Positions 12,001 through 24,600 of a DNA stretch of 64,000 nt are shown here, in pieces (positions within the stretch are counted from its first letter, which is position 1; the number at the start of each line of letters is the position of its first letter). The position numbers and the translations under genes are program-made. Location of the stretch: positions 1,126,041 to 1,190,040 of the forward strand of contig LSRY02000032.1 of the NCBI GenBank assembly GCA_001643675.2, read 5' to 3'. Source of the stretch: Monocercomonoides exilis PA203 (Eukaryota; Protista; Preaxostyla). The notes below the pieces were generated by a model, which was given only the letters and a program-made list of their open reading frames with translations, was not told the DNA's origin and did no database searches.

Positions 12001-15000
12001 GGTGAAATGTGATCTGGAAGAGGAAGAGACGGATGCCGAAGAGGATTCATTATTTCCTTCAGCATTTGTCCAGAAAGACAAGACATCGAATGAGAAAGCA
12101 CGACACACCAAAGACCTTCTCCCACATCTTCATCTTGAACACGAGCAGAAGATGCAGATGAAGACGAAGATGACGATGCTGCTGATGAATCGTTCTTAAT
12201 CAACCTTTCGTATTCAAATGGTGAATTGCCAGGAGAGGAGTGTACGACTTTAGTTGGGTGGTTGATCTTCTTTTTGTCTTCTTCAACAAACATGCCACGT
12301 CCCATTTCGCTTGCTCTTCCGTCGACTCTTCCGCCAAACGCGCTGTGTGACGTGGGCATGATGGATGTCACGTCGCATTCAATTCCCCAGTCAACACCGC
12401 TTTTGTCAGAGAAGAATGAAAACACCAGTGCTGGCTGCATCACAACAATCTCGTCTTTCGGGAAGCTGTTGCCTGTGAAGAGATAAAGTCTCTTGCCTTC
12501 CTTTTTGTTTGTGGAAGGCAGACGAAGCGCAGTGAACTTCGAAGAAGAAGAAGAAGAACCACTTTTCTTGGCAGATGAAGGCGATCCTGCTGTGCCTGCA
12601 CTCGGAGCAGAAACAGAATGCTCAATCGCTTTTGCCATTTGCCATTTTGTTGGAAGTGAAATTGTGAAGAAGTCGTATCTTTGTTCTGTTTTGCACTGTT
12701 TGTTGAATCTGATACGATATCCCAGCGCAGACGGCACATAGAACACCTCCTTCCAATCCTCGTTGTTGAGATATGGATGGCTTGTTTCGATTCTGACTGT
12801 GGCAGATTGCAAAGAAACAGTTTCTGTATGATGCAGCAAACGATACTGTTCGGTGAAGAACAGAGGATATGGAACATTTGATGCACGTCTAACAACTTCT
12901 TGCTTTGATGATGAGCACGATTCTGAAGCAGAACTCTGAAGTGCCTTTAATTTATCAGCTGGAAATATCAATCCAAGCATATTGTCGAAGTATCGCTGGA
13001 AAATCAGAACGGGTTTCAGAAACACAGCTGCAGCATCTGTGGAAGAAGAAGAGAGAATTGCCATCATCACACGAAGCGGATGAACCAGCTTCCCAGCAAA
13101 TGAATGAAAGACCACAGACAGCAGTGAACGGCGAAATGAAACATTCACAACAGACGACGACGAAGAAGAAGAAGAGGAAGAAGAAAGCTGCTGGAGCTTT
13201 TTGGTTATCTTGTCGAACACAACACAGCTTCCTCCCAACACATACAGTGCATAGTGTGCAAAGAATGGGAAGAGCACATTAAATGCAGGGTTGATTGCTT
13301 CAGCTGGAACAATTTTGTTCTCAAAGCTTTGTGACCTCTGATTCTGAGAAGATAGAGTTTTCTTTGGCCTTGGAACAAGTCTGAAGAACAGAGAAAACAG
13401 CTGCTTTTGGAAAGAGCACAAGAATTCCAAAAGAGACGAATGGGACTTTTGACGCTCATCCAGTGAATTCTGACTGTCAATCAAAGAATTGAGATTAGAA
13501 ACTGTGCTGTTCACTTCGCTCAGAATCATCATCTGCCAAACGCGAACTGCATTCAAATAAAACGAAAGAGACGAGTCTGTATTTCCACTCTGGAGAGGTT
13601 CAAATTTTCCAAACAATGCTTCTTTCTCAATTTTGCTCACTGACATTTTTGCGCTTTGCTTTGTGAGCGATAGAGGTTGATAAAGTGAAGGGAAAAGTTG
13701 AGGACTTAAAGAAGCAACAGGAAGGAGATTTCTGGTCGAAAATGCAGATAGTGTCACAAACTTCATGTGATATGGAACAATTGCAAATATCCTTGTGATG
13801 ATTGATGAAACATCACAAGGAATATCAAACTGAAGCGAAGAAGATGCTAATAATGAAGTCGAAGATGCCTCTGGCGCTTCATTTCCAGAAAGGCACAGTG
13901 AATGGAAAGAAAGCTGAGCAGCATCTTTGTTTGATTTTCTTTGAGCGATTGCCTGTGTTAATATGTTTGCCAGAAGTTCCAGTGCTTGTGTTGAAGATTC
14001 TGCGAATGTGATCACAACCAAAAGAAGAAGCCCCACAGAATAAGCAGAAACAGCATCCAAAGCAGATGCAAACGGCAATTCTTTGCTTGCCTTTGCAGAA
14101 CAGAATTTATTCACTGCTTCAAACAAAGCAGATATATGCGAATCCAAAATCCCAACAGACTTTCTCGTGAATGGCGAATGAAACAGTGAAAGCACGTTGG
14201 CCCTTGAAATGCACATGACAGAATAAATGCAGCTGCAAAGATGTGCAATTTTCCTTTCAATTTCTTTGAGTTTTGTCTGAGACTTTGCTTCAGAAGCAAG
14301 TGATGTATACTCCTTTACTGCGTCGTTCAGAAGATTGTTGAGGAGATTTAGAGTTTCGGCTGCTTCCTCTACAAACTGCGACGATGCATCCAGAACATAT
14401 GGCGCAAACAATGTCATACATTCAAAAGAAGTCAAGGGCGATTCAGCTCCTGCAAATTGAGAGAAATTCTGTAAGTGGCTAAGCATTTGATGAGCAATCA
14501 CAAGTGAGTCAGTCTCCTTCTGCTTTTCATCCACCAGCGCCTTCGAAGAGGAATGCTGCATTTGACAATGATATTCTTGCTTCCTATCTTCTAATTGCAC
14601 CCATGCAGAAATTATTTCTTTGTGTTCTTCTTCTTCTCTCTTCAGAATCCCCATTCTCTGCTTCATTTTTAATCTGTGCAGCATCAGAAGCAAATCCACT
14701 GAGTCTTCGCTGCTTTGCTGTTGCTTGAGTTCTTCTTCTCCACAGCATGTAAGACTATTCAAATATTCATTGATTGTCATTTCAGCAGCTGTTGGAATGC
14801 TCTTAACTGAGTTATCAGTCAGTGGAAGAATCATCAATTTCTGTTCCTGTGCTTCTTTCTCCTTTTCTGTCTCTTTCAGCTGATCTTTTCCGTGATTATC
14901 CTTTTTCGAAGAAGATGAGTCTCTTTTGAAAAACAATGCCTCTGACGACCGAGTGATGAGCACCTGGTTCACTCTATCGAAACAGACAGGACCAGACTGA

Positions 15001-18000
15001 AGAGTGAAATTTATAGACAGTTCGATGTGCGGCTCCATCTCAATTTCTATTGCTTCTACTTCCCTTTTCTGAGCTGATTCGTTGAATGAAGACGAGGCAG
15101 AAAGAGAAAACATCATGTCCTCTTCGCTGTTTGCACCACAAGCACTGTCTCTGCACAAACTGCACTGCTTCTTGTTGGAATCGAGTTTTGTGTTCTGATC
15201 TATCTCCTTTATCGCATCATCTATGTTCGCTCTCAGATTGTATTGCACGAGTGGCTCATTCAACTGTGCAGATGTGAGGCAGAAGGCATATCCATCTGAA
15301 AAGATGCTTCCTTCGAGCAGATGCTTTTTGGTAAGAAGACGAATCTTGTTGATCATCGGATGAGACGGCGCCAGAGGCATCCTCGTCAGCTTGTGCGAGG
15401 CGCGGTGCAGATGGTTTTCTCTGCCGGTTTCGTAGCATTCGGGGCAGACGAACACTGCTCTGGTATTGATGTTGTCGTATGTGAAGTATGATAAAGTAGA
15501 TGATAAATGCTCCAAATTGGCAGATGGCTTTCTCATCTCCTTTTGCAGCTCTTCATCGCTGTGGATAGACTCTTCACCTCTACTCCCAATCCTCACAAAA
15601 TCTTCCCATTCGCGGCGTGTGCATTCTGTGCAACAGAACTGTACGTCTGGCGAGAGAGCTCTTCCGCACACGTTGCACGATTCGAGTGAGACATGATTCG
15701 ATGTCGAGAGAAGATGGCGGCTCTGCACACGCCATTCAGACAGCTGTGGCAGTGTGTGAGTGTTCTGTGCAAGTGGCAGAGTCTGACTGAAGACGGTGCA
15801 TCTCCTATAAACAGTCACCAGGATAAATGGCAGTGCCTCGTTGGCGCTGTGTACAAGCGATGCCAAATGAAGCAGATGTTCACCATCAGTGCCGAAGCGT
15901 GCCACCTCCGAATAGCCCATCTTCCGCAGCTCACGTGGCGTCAAACCCGTTTTCTTCTTCTTTGCAGCATTCTCGTTTTGCGTAATTTCAGATTTTGATT
16001 GAGCTTTCTCTTTTTCTGAATCGTCAAGCGAGTTTGAATTCTCTTCTATCTCTTCCTCCTCTTCCTCTTCCTCTTCTTCACTTATTTCGCTGGAATCGTC
16101 CATCCAGCTGTCTTCTTCATTTGAGTTGCTTCCTTCTCTATCAATCTCATTTTCAACAACTCCTTCTGAAGTCAACGTATTTTGTGACAAATGATCATCG
16201 TCTTCTTCTCCATCATCTTCATCTTCTGCTTCTTCTTTTGCTTTTCTCTTTTCTTCTTCTTCACTCTCTTTTTTCTTTGTCTTGTCTGTTTCATGTTTTT
16301 CTTTTCTATCCTTCAGCTCGACTTCTTCTTCATCTATCTCTGAATCAGAATCTGAAGCAAGATCATCATCTCCTTTCTTTTTCCCTTCAACATTGTCTTC
16401 CTCTTCCTCATCCTCGTCTCCTTCCTCCTCTCCATCACCATCGCTTTTATCCTTTTTCCCTTCTCTTCCACTTTCTCCAGTTGAAGCAGCATTATCAGCA
16501 CCAGACGATGCCTCACCGCTTCCTGTGTCATCTTCCTTGCTTTCCTTTGCAGCTCTTTCTCTTCCTTTGAGCGTCGAAAGCTGCGCGTGCTGAAGGAGTG
16601 TTTCGCGGAGAACAGGCGAATACGATGTCAGCTGTGCAACCTCGTGGAGCATCGAAGGAAGCGTGACAAACGAAAGTGATGGCTCCTCAAATGGACTCTG
16701 AGATCCTTTTGAATTGCAGGAAGATGGAAAATTCTCTTTTGAAGAAGAATTACGCTCTTTTCGTTCTTTTCTTTCTTTCAATACCATCTTCAACCCTTCT
16801 GCAGTGTAGCATTTTTCGACACATCTAAGCGATTCTGTGTCAAATCCAGAAAAGACGCACTGGCTGTTCGAACTGTTGTTGAAGGAGGAAGAAGAAGATG
16901 ATGATGCAAATGAACTATTTTGCAAATTGTCGCTTTTAAGGAGCATGTGTGAAAAGAAGGAACCAGAAGAATGGTGAAAAACAATCAATTCTTTATTTGG
17001 AAAAACTAACGTATGAATGTCGCAATCCCCCCATTCCTGACCATCTTTTTCTCCATTGTTGGGCATTGCTCTTTCTTTCCCTTTTAATTCATTCAAGTCC
17101 AATGATCCACTAACGTCAATTACATTTCTTTCTGTTCTTTCAGAGGAAGAGGTGTCATTGTTCTCTCTTCGAGCTTCATCAACTCTGCCAGCAACTGTTC
17201 CCTGAAATCCGGAGCCAATCTTTACTATCAATCCATTTATGTGCATAAACACATGCGCACCATCGCTTGCAATTCCCTTTAATTTTTTGCGCTGAATTTT
17301 TTCATCGAGAAAAATACGCTTTTCATTCGCTTTTGTTGGAGGCGAAATAAGCGATACTTCCATTGGAGTTGGCGATGAAACAAGAGAAGTGAATGGATAA
17401 AATAGAGACCTCCTCCAGCTGTTAAAATCGATAATATGCTTATGCTGATGTGCCAAAAACTGATGTAATGTAGATGTAGTACGCAAAAAAGCTTTTTCGT
17501 CTTCGATAACCAATTTATAATGTCTCAAAATTTCTTGTACAGCCATTAAAAAATAGTGTTGTTTCCCAGTTGTCACTCCTAAAGTGATGAGAAAAGGAAT
17601 TAATATTGTTTCAAAATGTTTATTTCCTGAGCATGTCTTCATTTCTTTAATCACCTTATCAAATCCACGATAACCTTCGTTTGATAATTTTGCTAATGTT
17701 GATGGAGTAAAACTTTGCAGAATATTAAGTAATGCACAGAACATTTCATCTGAAGTTTCTGGAAAAGCACTTTTTAACGTTTGAGCAATTGTGCTGCTTA
17801 AATTAAGTGCGAGCTGAATTGATGTTTCTCCACTTTTCTTTTGACTTTTTGATGACTTTTTATCAATTTTTTGCTTCAATTGAACCTGGCATTAACAAAT
17901 GCAAAAAATAAAGTTAGCGTTCTGACAAAACAAAATATTAAAAAATTTGAAAATTCAAACATCATTTTCAATTTCTCGTCTTGAAATAACTGTCATTCGC

Positions 18001-18155
18001 CTGCTTTCATCAACATGACTTTGATCAACTTTCCGAAGTTCATTAAATCTTGGTATTTCAACCATGTCATTAACATTTTTAGAGGAACTTAAATCACAAT
18101 TGCCGGCATTCAACCGCGCTTTTCTCGTAAAATTAGAGTTGAGAAAAAATGACAT
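1..18155 (-). CDS. Giant HECTD4/MYCBP2/HERC-like putative E3 ubiquitin ligase, 3'-truncated by the window edge (>6,000 aa in window); exons 18155-17961 and 17885-<3
   Basis: One minus-strand frame was open wherever spot-checked from 17885 to the window edge. The ORF track lists no long minus ORF here, consistent with no stop in the window. The 75-nt phase-0 intron is GTTTGA(17960)..CAG(17886). Motifs read by eye: IASDGAHVFMHINGLIVKIGSGFQGTVAGRV (17275-17180, HECTD4/MYCBP2-type N-terminal motif), ZZ finger (15677-15393), ETSHPY..CKTE..D..F..FFSDKSGVDWG CUB-like domain (12791-12366), IRTGDRV..GTVI..ASVLFD (~9000-8875), zinc ribbon (~7860-7770), UIM (~6925-6876), PIMT-like fold (~6330-5470), UBR box (~4113-3873). 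No catalytic HECT/RING domain is visible in the window. Confidence 0.85.
11870..11947. repeat. 12-nt tandem repeat (GAAGAAGAAGAC)n, about 6 copies, encoding poly-Ser on the minus strand
   Basis: Directly visible tandem array inside the giant gene. Confidence 0.85.
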
Positions 18156-18612
18156 GATCAATCCACCTTTATTATGGTGTTCGATCTTTTATTCGCATTT
18201 GTTCGTCAGAAATTTCAATTTCCTTCTTTGAATATGATTAATGTTTGCGTTGAATGATTTTCTTTCAAAAAACATCAATTTTGCTTTTTTCATTGCTTAT
18301 GTATTATCAAAAAATAATCTGATGTCTTTCTTTTAAATTACAAAAAAGTTAAACCACCAGATTTAAAACAAAAATTGAAACGAATAATTCGCACACAAGT
18401 TTAAATTAAATGAGATATAATTTGTCAAATAAATGGTTTGAAAATTACAAAATTTGAATAATTGTTAAAAATCATAATTGAAAAAATTTTTATGGTACGA
18501 AAAATTATTTTGCTCTTGCTTTTGAGAGCTAAGTTAGCTCGAAAGACAAAAAAATATAAAAGATTCTTTCAAAGAATAAAGTTATATTTTTTCTTTACTA
18601 TCCATTCAACAT
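18156..18612. promoter_or_regulatory. Putative bidirectional promoter region between the giant E3-like gene and the RhoGEF
   Basis: 457-nt AT-rich gap between two head-to-head ATGs (18155 minus, 18613 plus). No specific element identified. Confidence 0.5.
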
Positions 18613-21600
18613 ATGGATTCTTTATCCAACAAGGATAAAGATTTAGCAATGATATCGCAAGTATTCTTGAGTACAAATTCTTCAAATAAAAATAATGAAT
18701 CCAGCCGCGATAAATATACTTTTTCTCAAAATGCTAGCGATTTGCACCTTGAAAATTCGCTTATTTCAACAACTGACACTCAACAATTGTGCAAAGAGCA
18801 ATTGCAGGTTGAAGCAAATTGTGATGCAACTACAGAAAAATCTTTATATCAAGATAAATCAAAGTATTTCAAACATCGCAATAGCTTTATTTCAGACAAT
18901 GAAAAATCTGAAAATGAAAAAAACGATAAAAAATTCGATCATTTGAGTCCCGAAGGACTTATTTTACAAAACGATAGAAAAAGTGAAAACAGCATTAAAC
19001 GTCAACAAAAATTAAAGATAAAAGTGAAAAAGGTTGAGGAAGCAGAAAAATTTTCGGGTCAGATTGATGATGCTCAATTGAATGTTGATCAACGTCAACC
19101 TTCACGGAGCAATATTTGTTCTGTATCATCTGCAAGTTCTTCGCAATTTCCTCATTCAGTTACAAGGTCAAGTCACAAAGAATCAATTAATGCTTCTCGC
19201 ATCCAAGGAACCGGATATCTTATTCAATCTGCAAGTTCTCGTTCGTTGGTAATGTCGGAATTTTCATCTTCAAACACCGCAAAATCAACCATTTTTCATA
19301 ATTCACCGGCATTAAAAGAAAGGCAATTTGCACTGAGAGAGATTCTGAACATGGAACAAGTATTTATTGAGCAAATGAATCATCTGATTATTGTATGCAA
19401 ATGCTCCTTCGAGGAATTTTGTGAAATTTATTCGAAACTTTTCACTGCTATTGAGGACACTTTTTTCTTTTGACGAATTATTTTATTTTCTTATTTTTCT
19501 GAGACTTATGGCTTTTTTTTAAATTTTATTGTTATCCTTTGATTAAAAAATGTTATGTATTTTTCGCCTTTTCTTTCTGTTTGTTTTGTTTCAGTATTAC
19601 AAGATGCCTCTTGTTCGCTCGATGGATCACTTTTCCTTGACACCTCGTGATTTGCGTGTTCTTTTCCGCAACGTGTCTGTTCTGAGAGACATCACAACGC
19701 ATCTGCTCCGTTCACTTCAGAACTGCGTCGAATTCAACCAGAAAAACGAGATGGAAAAGAAGAAGGAAGAAGAGAGGCTTCTGAAGGCAGCACGCGAATA
19801 TGTCGAGTGCGCTGCTCGCAAATCTTTGTCAGCTTCAAACATGCAAATGCAACAAGTCTCAACAGATTCATCATCATCATCATCATCATCTTCTTCTTCT
19901 TCTTCTTCTTCTTCTTCTTCCTCTGCTGTTCCTGTTCCTCCTCCTCCACTACTCCTTCCTGTGCCTCGTCTGCCAGCCAGCAACGAGCAGCTGAACAGCG
20001 TTGGCAAAGTGTTCTCTGCCATTTCGCATCTGCTCACTCAGTACTCTCCTTATGTTTCATCCCAGCCACAGGCAAACGAGTTTCTCAACCGGCACATCAA
20101 AACAAACAAGCATTTTCGCGAGTTTCTGAGCCAGACGCAGGCGATGCTGCCGATGTACAAGTTTGATCTGAGCACATATCTCGCATATCCTGTTCAACAC
20201 GTGGTTCGATACCAGCTGCATCTGGAGAAGCTGATACAGACATACGAAGCAAGAGAAAAGGAGCTGCTGGCAGAAAAGGAAAGGGCAAGAGAAGAAGAAA
20301 AAAAGGATGAAGAAGAAGATAAGGGAGAGATTGAAGAATCAACATTTGAAGCAGAGCATTCACAATATCAAGCATCAAAAGATGGAGCAGATGAATCTGA
20401 GTCTGAAAGAGAAAACATTCCGAACAGACCAACCGAAGAAGAGAAAATGAATGCGAAGATCGAGAGGGAAGTGAGAAAGCAGGAGAGGCTGATAAAAGTG
20501 TACCAGCGCAACATGTGTGCAGAGGATGAGAAGAGAGAGGAAGAAGAGCTTCGTGATGCTTTGAGTCGGATTCGGCAAGTGACAGCGTCGATTGACCATT
20601 CGAAGCAGGAGCAGGATGAGAAAGTGCGTGTGGTGGAGATTACGAGGGAGATGCAGCGGGGAGAGGAGATTGCTGGCAGTTTGATTGCGCCAAGCAGACG
20701 GTGTCTGGATGAATGTGTGGCAGAGGTGATGATTGAGAGGCTGGAGACATTCTGCAAAGTGAGCACGAAAAAGAGGGGTAGAGCGAAGGAGAAGGAGGCA
20801 CACGAACAGAATTCTCATGAGGAAGATGGAGAGAAGAAGCATTTTGCAGGAAATGACATTACAATCACAGAATCATCAGCTTTTGCGAAAGTGAGTCAGC
20901 AAGCAACTCAAAAGAATGCAGGATTACAGCCACAAACACAGAAAAGCTTTTCTTCAGATTCCTCGTTTGGAGAAAGCGAACTACAAAACAATAATAAGAG
21001 ACAAGGGGTGAATGGAGTGTCTGATTATCCATCTGATTTTGAATACAACATCACTTCCTCGAGAAAGCATTCAAGAAGTAGAAATGGAGAGAAAGACAAC
21101 ATGACAACAAATGTGAACAATCGATCTGGTGAAAGAAGAGCAGTTTCTCCGTCCAGCCAGCCATCGTCGCGTGTGTCGGGCTCGCCAACACCAACAACAG
21201 CCTCTTTCTCAACAAATCATTCAGACAGCAGACAAATTGTGTACAGATCAGAACTGGCAGCAAATGTGGTTGTGTTCAACGATGCGCTGATGCTGAACAG
21301 ATACAGCAAGAAAAAGAGAGAGAATGTGATTCGACTGAAACGAGAGCTCAAAACGAAGAAGGCGAAGGACCAACACATTGCGTCTTCTTCTGCTTCAGAT
21401 GCGTCTTCGTTTGTGTGGCAGACGTTTGAATGTATCTTTCCATTGCAGTTTGTGAAGACTGTTGTGCTCATCGACGACAACCAGACAGACTTCGTTCTTG
21501 TCAACGAAGAGATGAATGGGCAGAGACAGAGACAGAGCAATAACACATCCAGCAGACCGAACTCTGCTTCCATTTCTCCCCAGCCTCGCAGCACAGATGT

Positions 21601-24600
21601 GTCTCCCTGTGACAATTCAGACAGACACCTTTCTGTTTCTCCCCAACCCCTCTGCCCAACTGGTATCTCGTCAAACACTCCCTTCTCTCCTCTTCCTCCG
21701 TCTTCTGTCTCTTCCCTCGTCTCTGCCTCTCCCACTTTCTCTTCTCCTTCTCCGCGTCAGCCCAACCGCTCCGGCTTCTCCAGCTCTCATTCGCGTTCTC
21801 CTTCTCTGTCCCCTCCTTCGCATTCATCCATTTCTCCCCAAACACCTTCTCCTCAGCTGAAGCCTGTGGAAGTTCCGACTCTTCAGCTGCCTCTCTTCTC
21901 TTCTGCTTTTGCGTCTGCCTCGCCAACAGCCAATGCTTCTGAAGCACACGTTTCTCGTCTGCCATCTTCGGTCTTCCGCTCCAAATTCTGCCTGACAATC
22001 ACACTCGACTTACCTTCTTTCATCGACCCTACTTTTGTCGATTCTGCCACAAAATTCCCTCATTTGTCTCATCTTCCGCGGGGAGCAGAACGGAAATTCC
22101 GACATTCGGCAACGATTCGGCTGCTGTTTGAAGAGGAAGACAGTTGTTTACAGATGAAGGAGGCTGTACAGAAGGCAGTGAATGAATGCAAAATGAACAG
22201 AGAACAGCAGATTGGCTTTGATGCGATGCAGGAACAAAACAGCAAATACACAAAGAAAGAGAGAGGGAAGAAGATGAGAACGAAAAACATGAAAGGGAAA
22301 AGAGAAAAAGAAGGAAATGACAACATGTCAAAAACAGATGAAGGAGTTATAAGTGACCAGCCAAGTGAAGAAGATGAGGACGGGGTGGAAGTAATGGATG
22401 ATGATGAAGAGGAAGAAGAGGAGGAGGAGGAAGAAGAAGAAGACGATGATGACTTAGTTGTTCTTGTGGATGTGTTGGATCAGACACTTGCACGCCATGA
22501 GCGTTCTTCTGCCTGTGAAGCATTTTCATCATCTTCCTCGTCTTCTTCATTTCTTTCTGAGTTGCCTTCATCCTCTGACCCCTTTTCCTCTTCATCATTT
22601 ACTCCTTCTTCTGCCCTTCGCTCTTCTCTTTCACTTTTCTCTCCTTTTTCTTCAGCACATTCTTCATTCACTTTCTCATCGCATCCACTTTTCCCACCGC
22701 CAACAGCAGCGCAGCTGAAGTATCAGTCGATGCAGTCACTTCTGCAGAACGAAGAGAACTATGTTGAGCAGCTGAAGAACATTGAGACCTTCTTCTATCG
22801 TCCTTTGCTGCAGTCGTTTGAACAGCTAAAGAAAAAAGGCAAAATGACATCTTCGTTTCGCTCAAAGTTTTCAAAGGCGCCAGAAAAGAAAGAAAATCAG
22901 AAGATGACATCTCCATCAGATGATATAATTGCATCTCCAATGGATTATTCAAGTGATGAATATGTTCCATTCAGTGGAAATGTGTCCTGTTCGTCTAGAG
23001 CTTCTTCGCCAAGGTTGATGGCATCTGCTCCACAGGCACCTCCATCTCCCACGCTGACTCCTCGTTCAGCTGCTGAATCGTCCTCTCTTCTTTCTGATGT
23101 TCTGACTGAAGAAGACATCCGCTCTGTCTTCAATTCACTAACATCTGTGTTGGGCGTCCACAAATCCTTCCTTGTTCAGCTGAGAGATGTCATTCAGACA
23201 CGAAATGGAGTCGGATTGAGTGCCATTTTGTCTGCTTTTTCGCAGCAGATGAAGATTGTCCTGCCGTTTGCATTGGAGCAGCCGAAGAGGAGGGAGATAC
23301 TGGCGAAGTGGAGAGGAGGGTCAGCTGTCTTCAGAGAAGTGGTGAAGAAAGGGGAGGAAGAGGTGTGGAACAAGGAGAAGAGGAAGATCAAAGAGAAGAG
23401 CAAGAAAAAGCAGGAAAGAAGAGAACATGAGAAATCAATGGAGAAAGAGTGGGAAAAGGAATGGGAAGGCGAGTGTCGCAAAAAAGGAATAGACAACTCA
23501 GAAATTGAGAGATTTCGAGAGAAATTACATGAAATGCTGGAGAAGATTAACAGACAGCGCGAAGAAGAGGAAGAAGAGCGGGGAGAAGATGTTTTATCAT
23601 CCATTTTGACATTCGAAGAGATGCTGCAGCTTCCACTCAACCGTCTGTCGATGTATGTGCCTTTGATACGTGCAATTATCACGCATGTGCAGGATGAGTC
23701 TTCAAAAAATGAAGAAATGAATAACGGAGTCAAATCTGCCAATCGCATTGAGAATTCTTTTGATGGCAAATTGAAGGCATCTCAAACGAAACAATATCCA
23801 CAAATAACATCAGATGGGCTTCCATCGCAATCTTTGCCTTCGTCTCTTCTTTTGCTTTCCTCTCCGATGGCATCGTCAGTCACCATCAGCACTTCAGAAG
23901 ATGAGGTGATGGGGTTGGAAATGGCGTGTGCCACATTCTCGCGGGTGAGTGACGAAGTGAGAGAAGCCATCCAGCGGAACGAGGCAAAAAGGAAGCTGAT
24001 TGCATTGATCAGTGAATATCCACTCAGTTCAGGACAGAGGAATGTTGTGTTGGCGCCAGCGAGAGGAGTGGTGGTGGATGTGTGTGTGGAGCAGATGGCA
24101 GATGTGGAAGAGGAATGTGACGAGGTGGATCTCTTAGCAGCACTGAAGAAGAGCATCGGGGTGGAGCTGGTGGAGGGAGAGAAGGAGAAAGAAAAAGAAA
24201 AAGAAAAAGATAAAGATAAAGATAAAGAGAAGAATGAAAAAGAGGAGAAAGAAGATAAAGATAAAGAAGAAGAGAAAGAGAAAGAGAAAGAGAAAGAAGA
24301 TAAAGAAGAAGAAGCAAAAGATAGAAAAGACAAAAAGAAAGATAAAAAATCAAAAAATGAAAAACATCAAAAAAGCAAAAAAGGTCTCAAAGAAAGCAAA
24401 AGTGCAATTTTTATTCCAATTCCAACAAAACAGCACAACTCCAATTTGAAGCACCACAACAAAAGAAAACATCAGCACGAAAAAGAGGCATATGACTCGG
24501 ATTATTCAAAAGAGAATAAAAAAGATTCAAAAGAACTCCGCAGGAAAAATTCTGGTTTTCAACAAGTTTCACCTAAAGAAATTGATGAATTTGATGACAA

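Noticed and set aside
52-16984. Dozens of short ORFs on both strands in the ORF track
   Set aside because: They are antisense or out-of-frame shadows of the giant minus-strand gene, produced by low-complexity codon usage. The same applies to short ORFs overlapping the other long genes.
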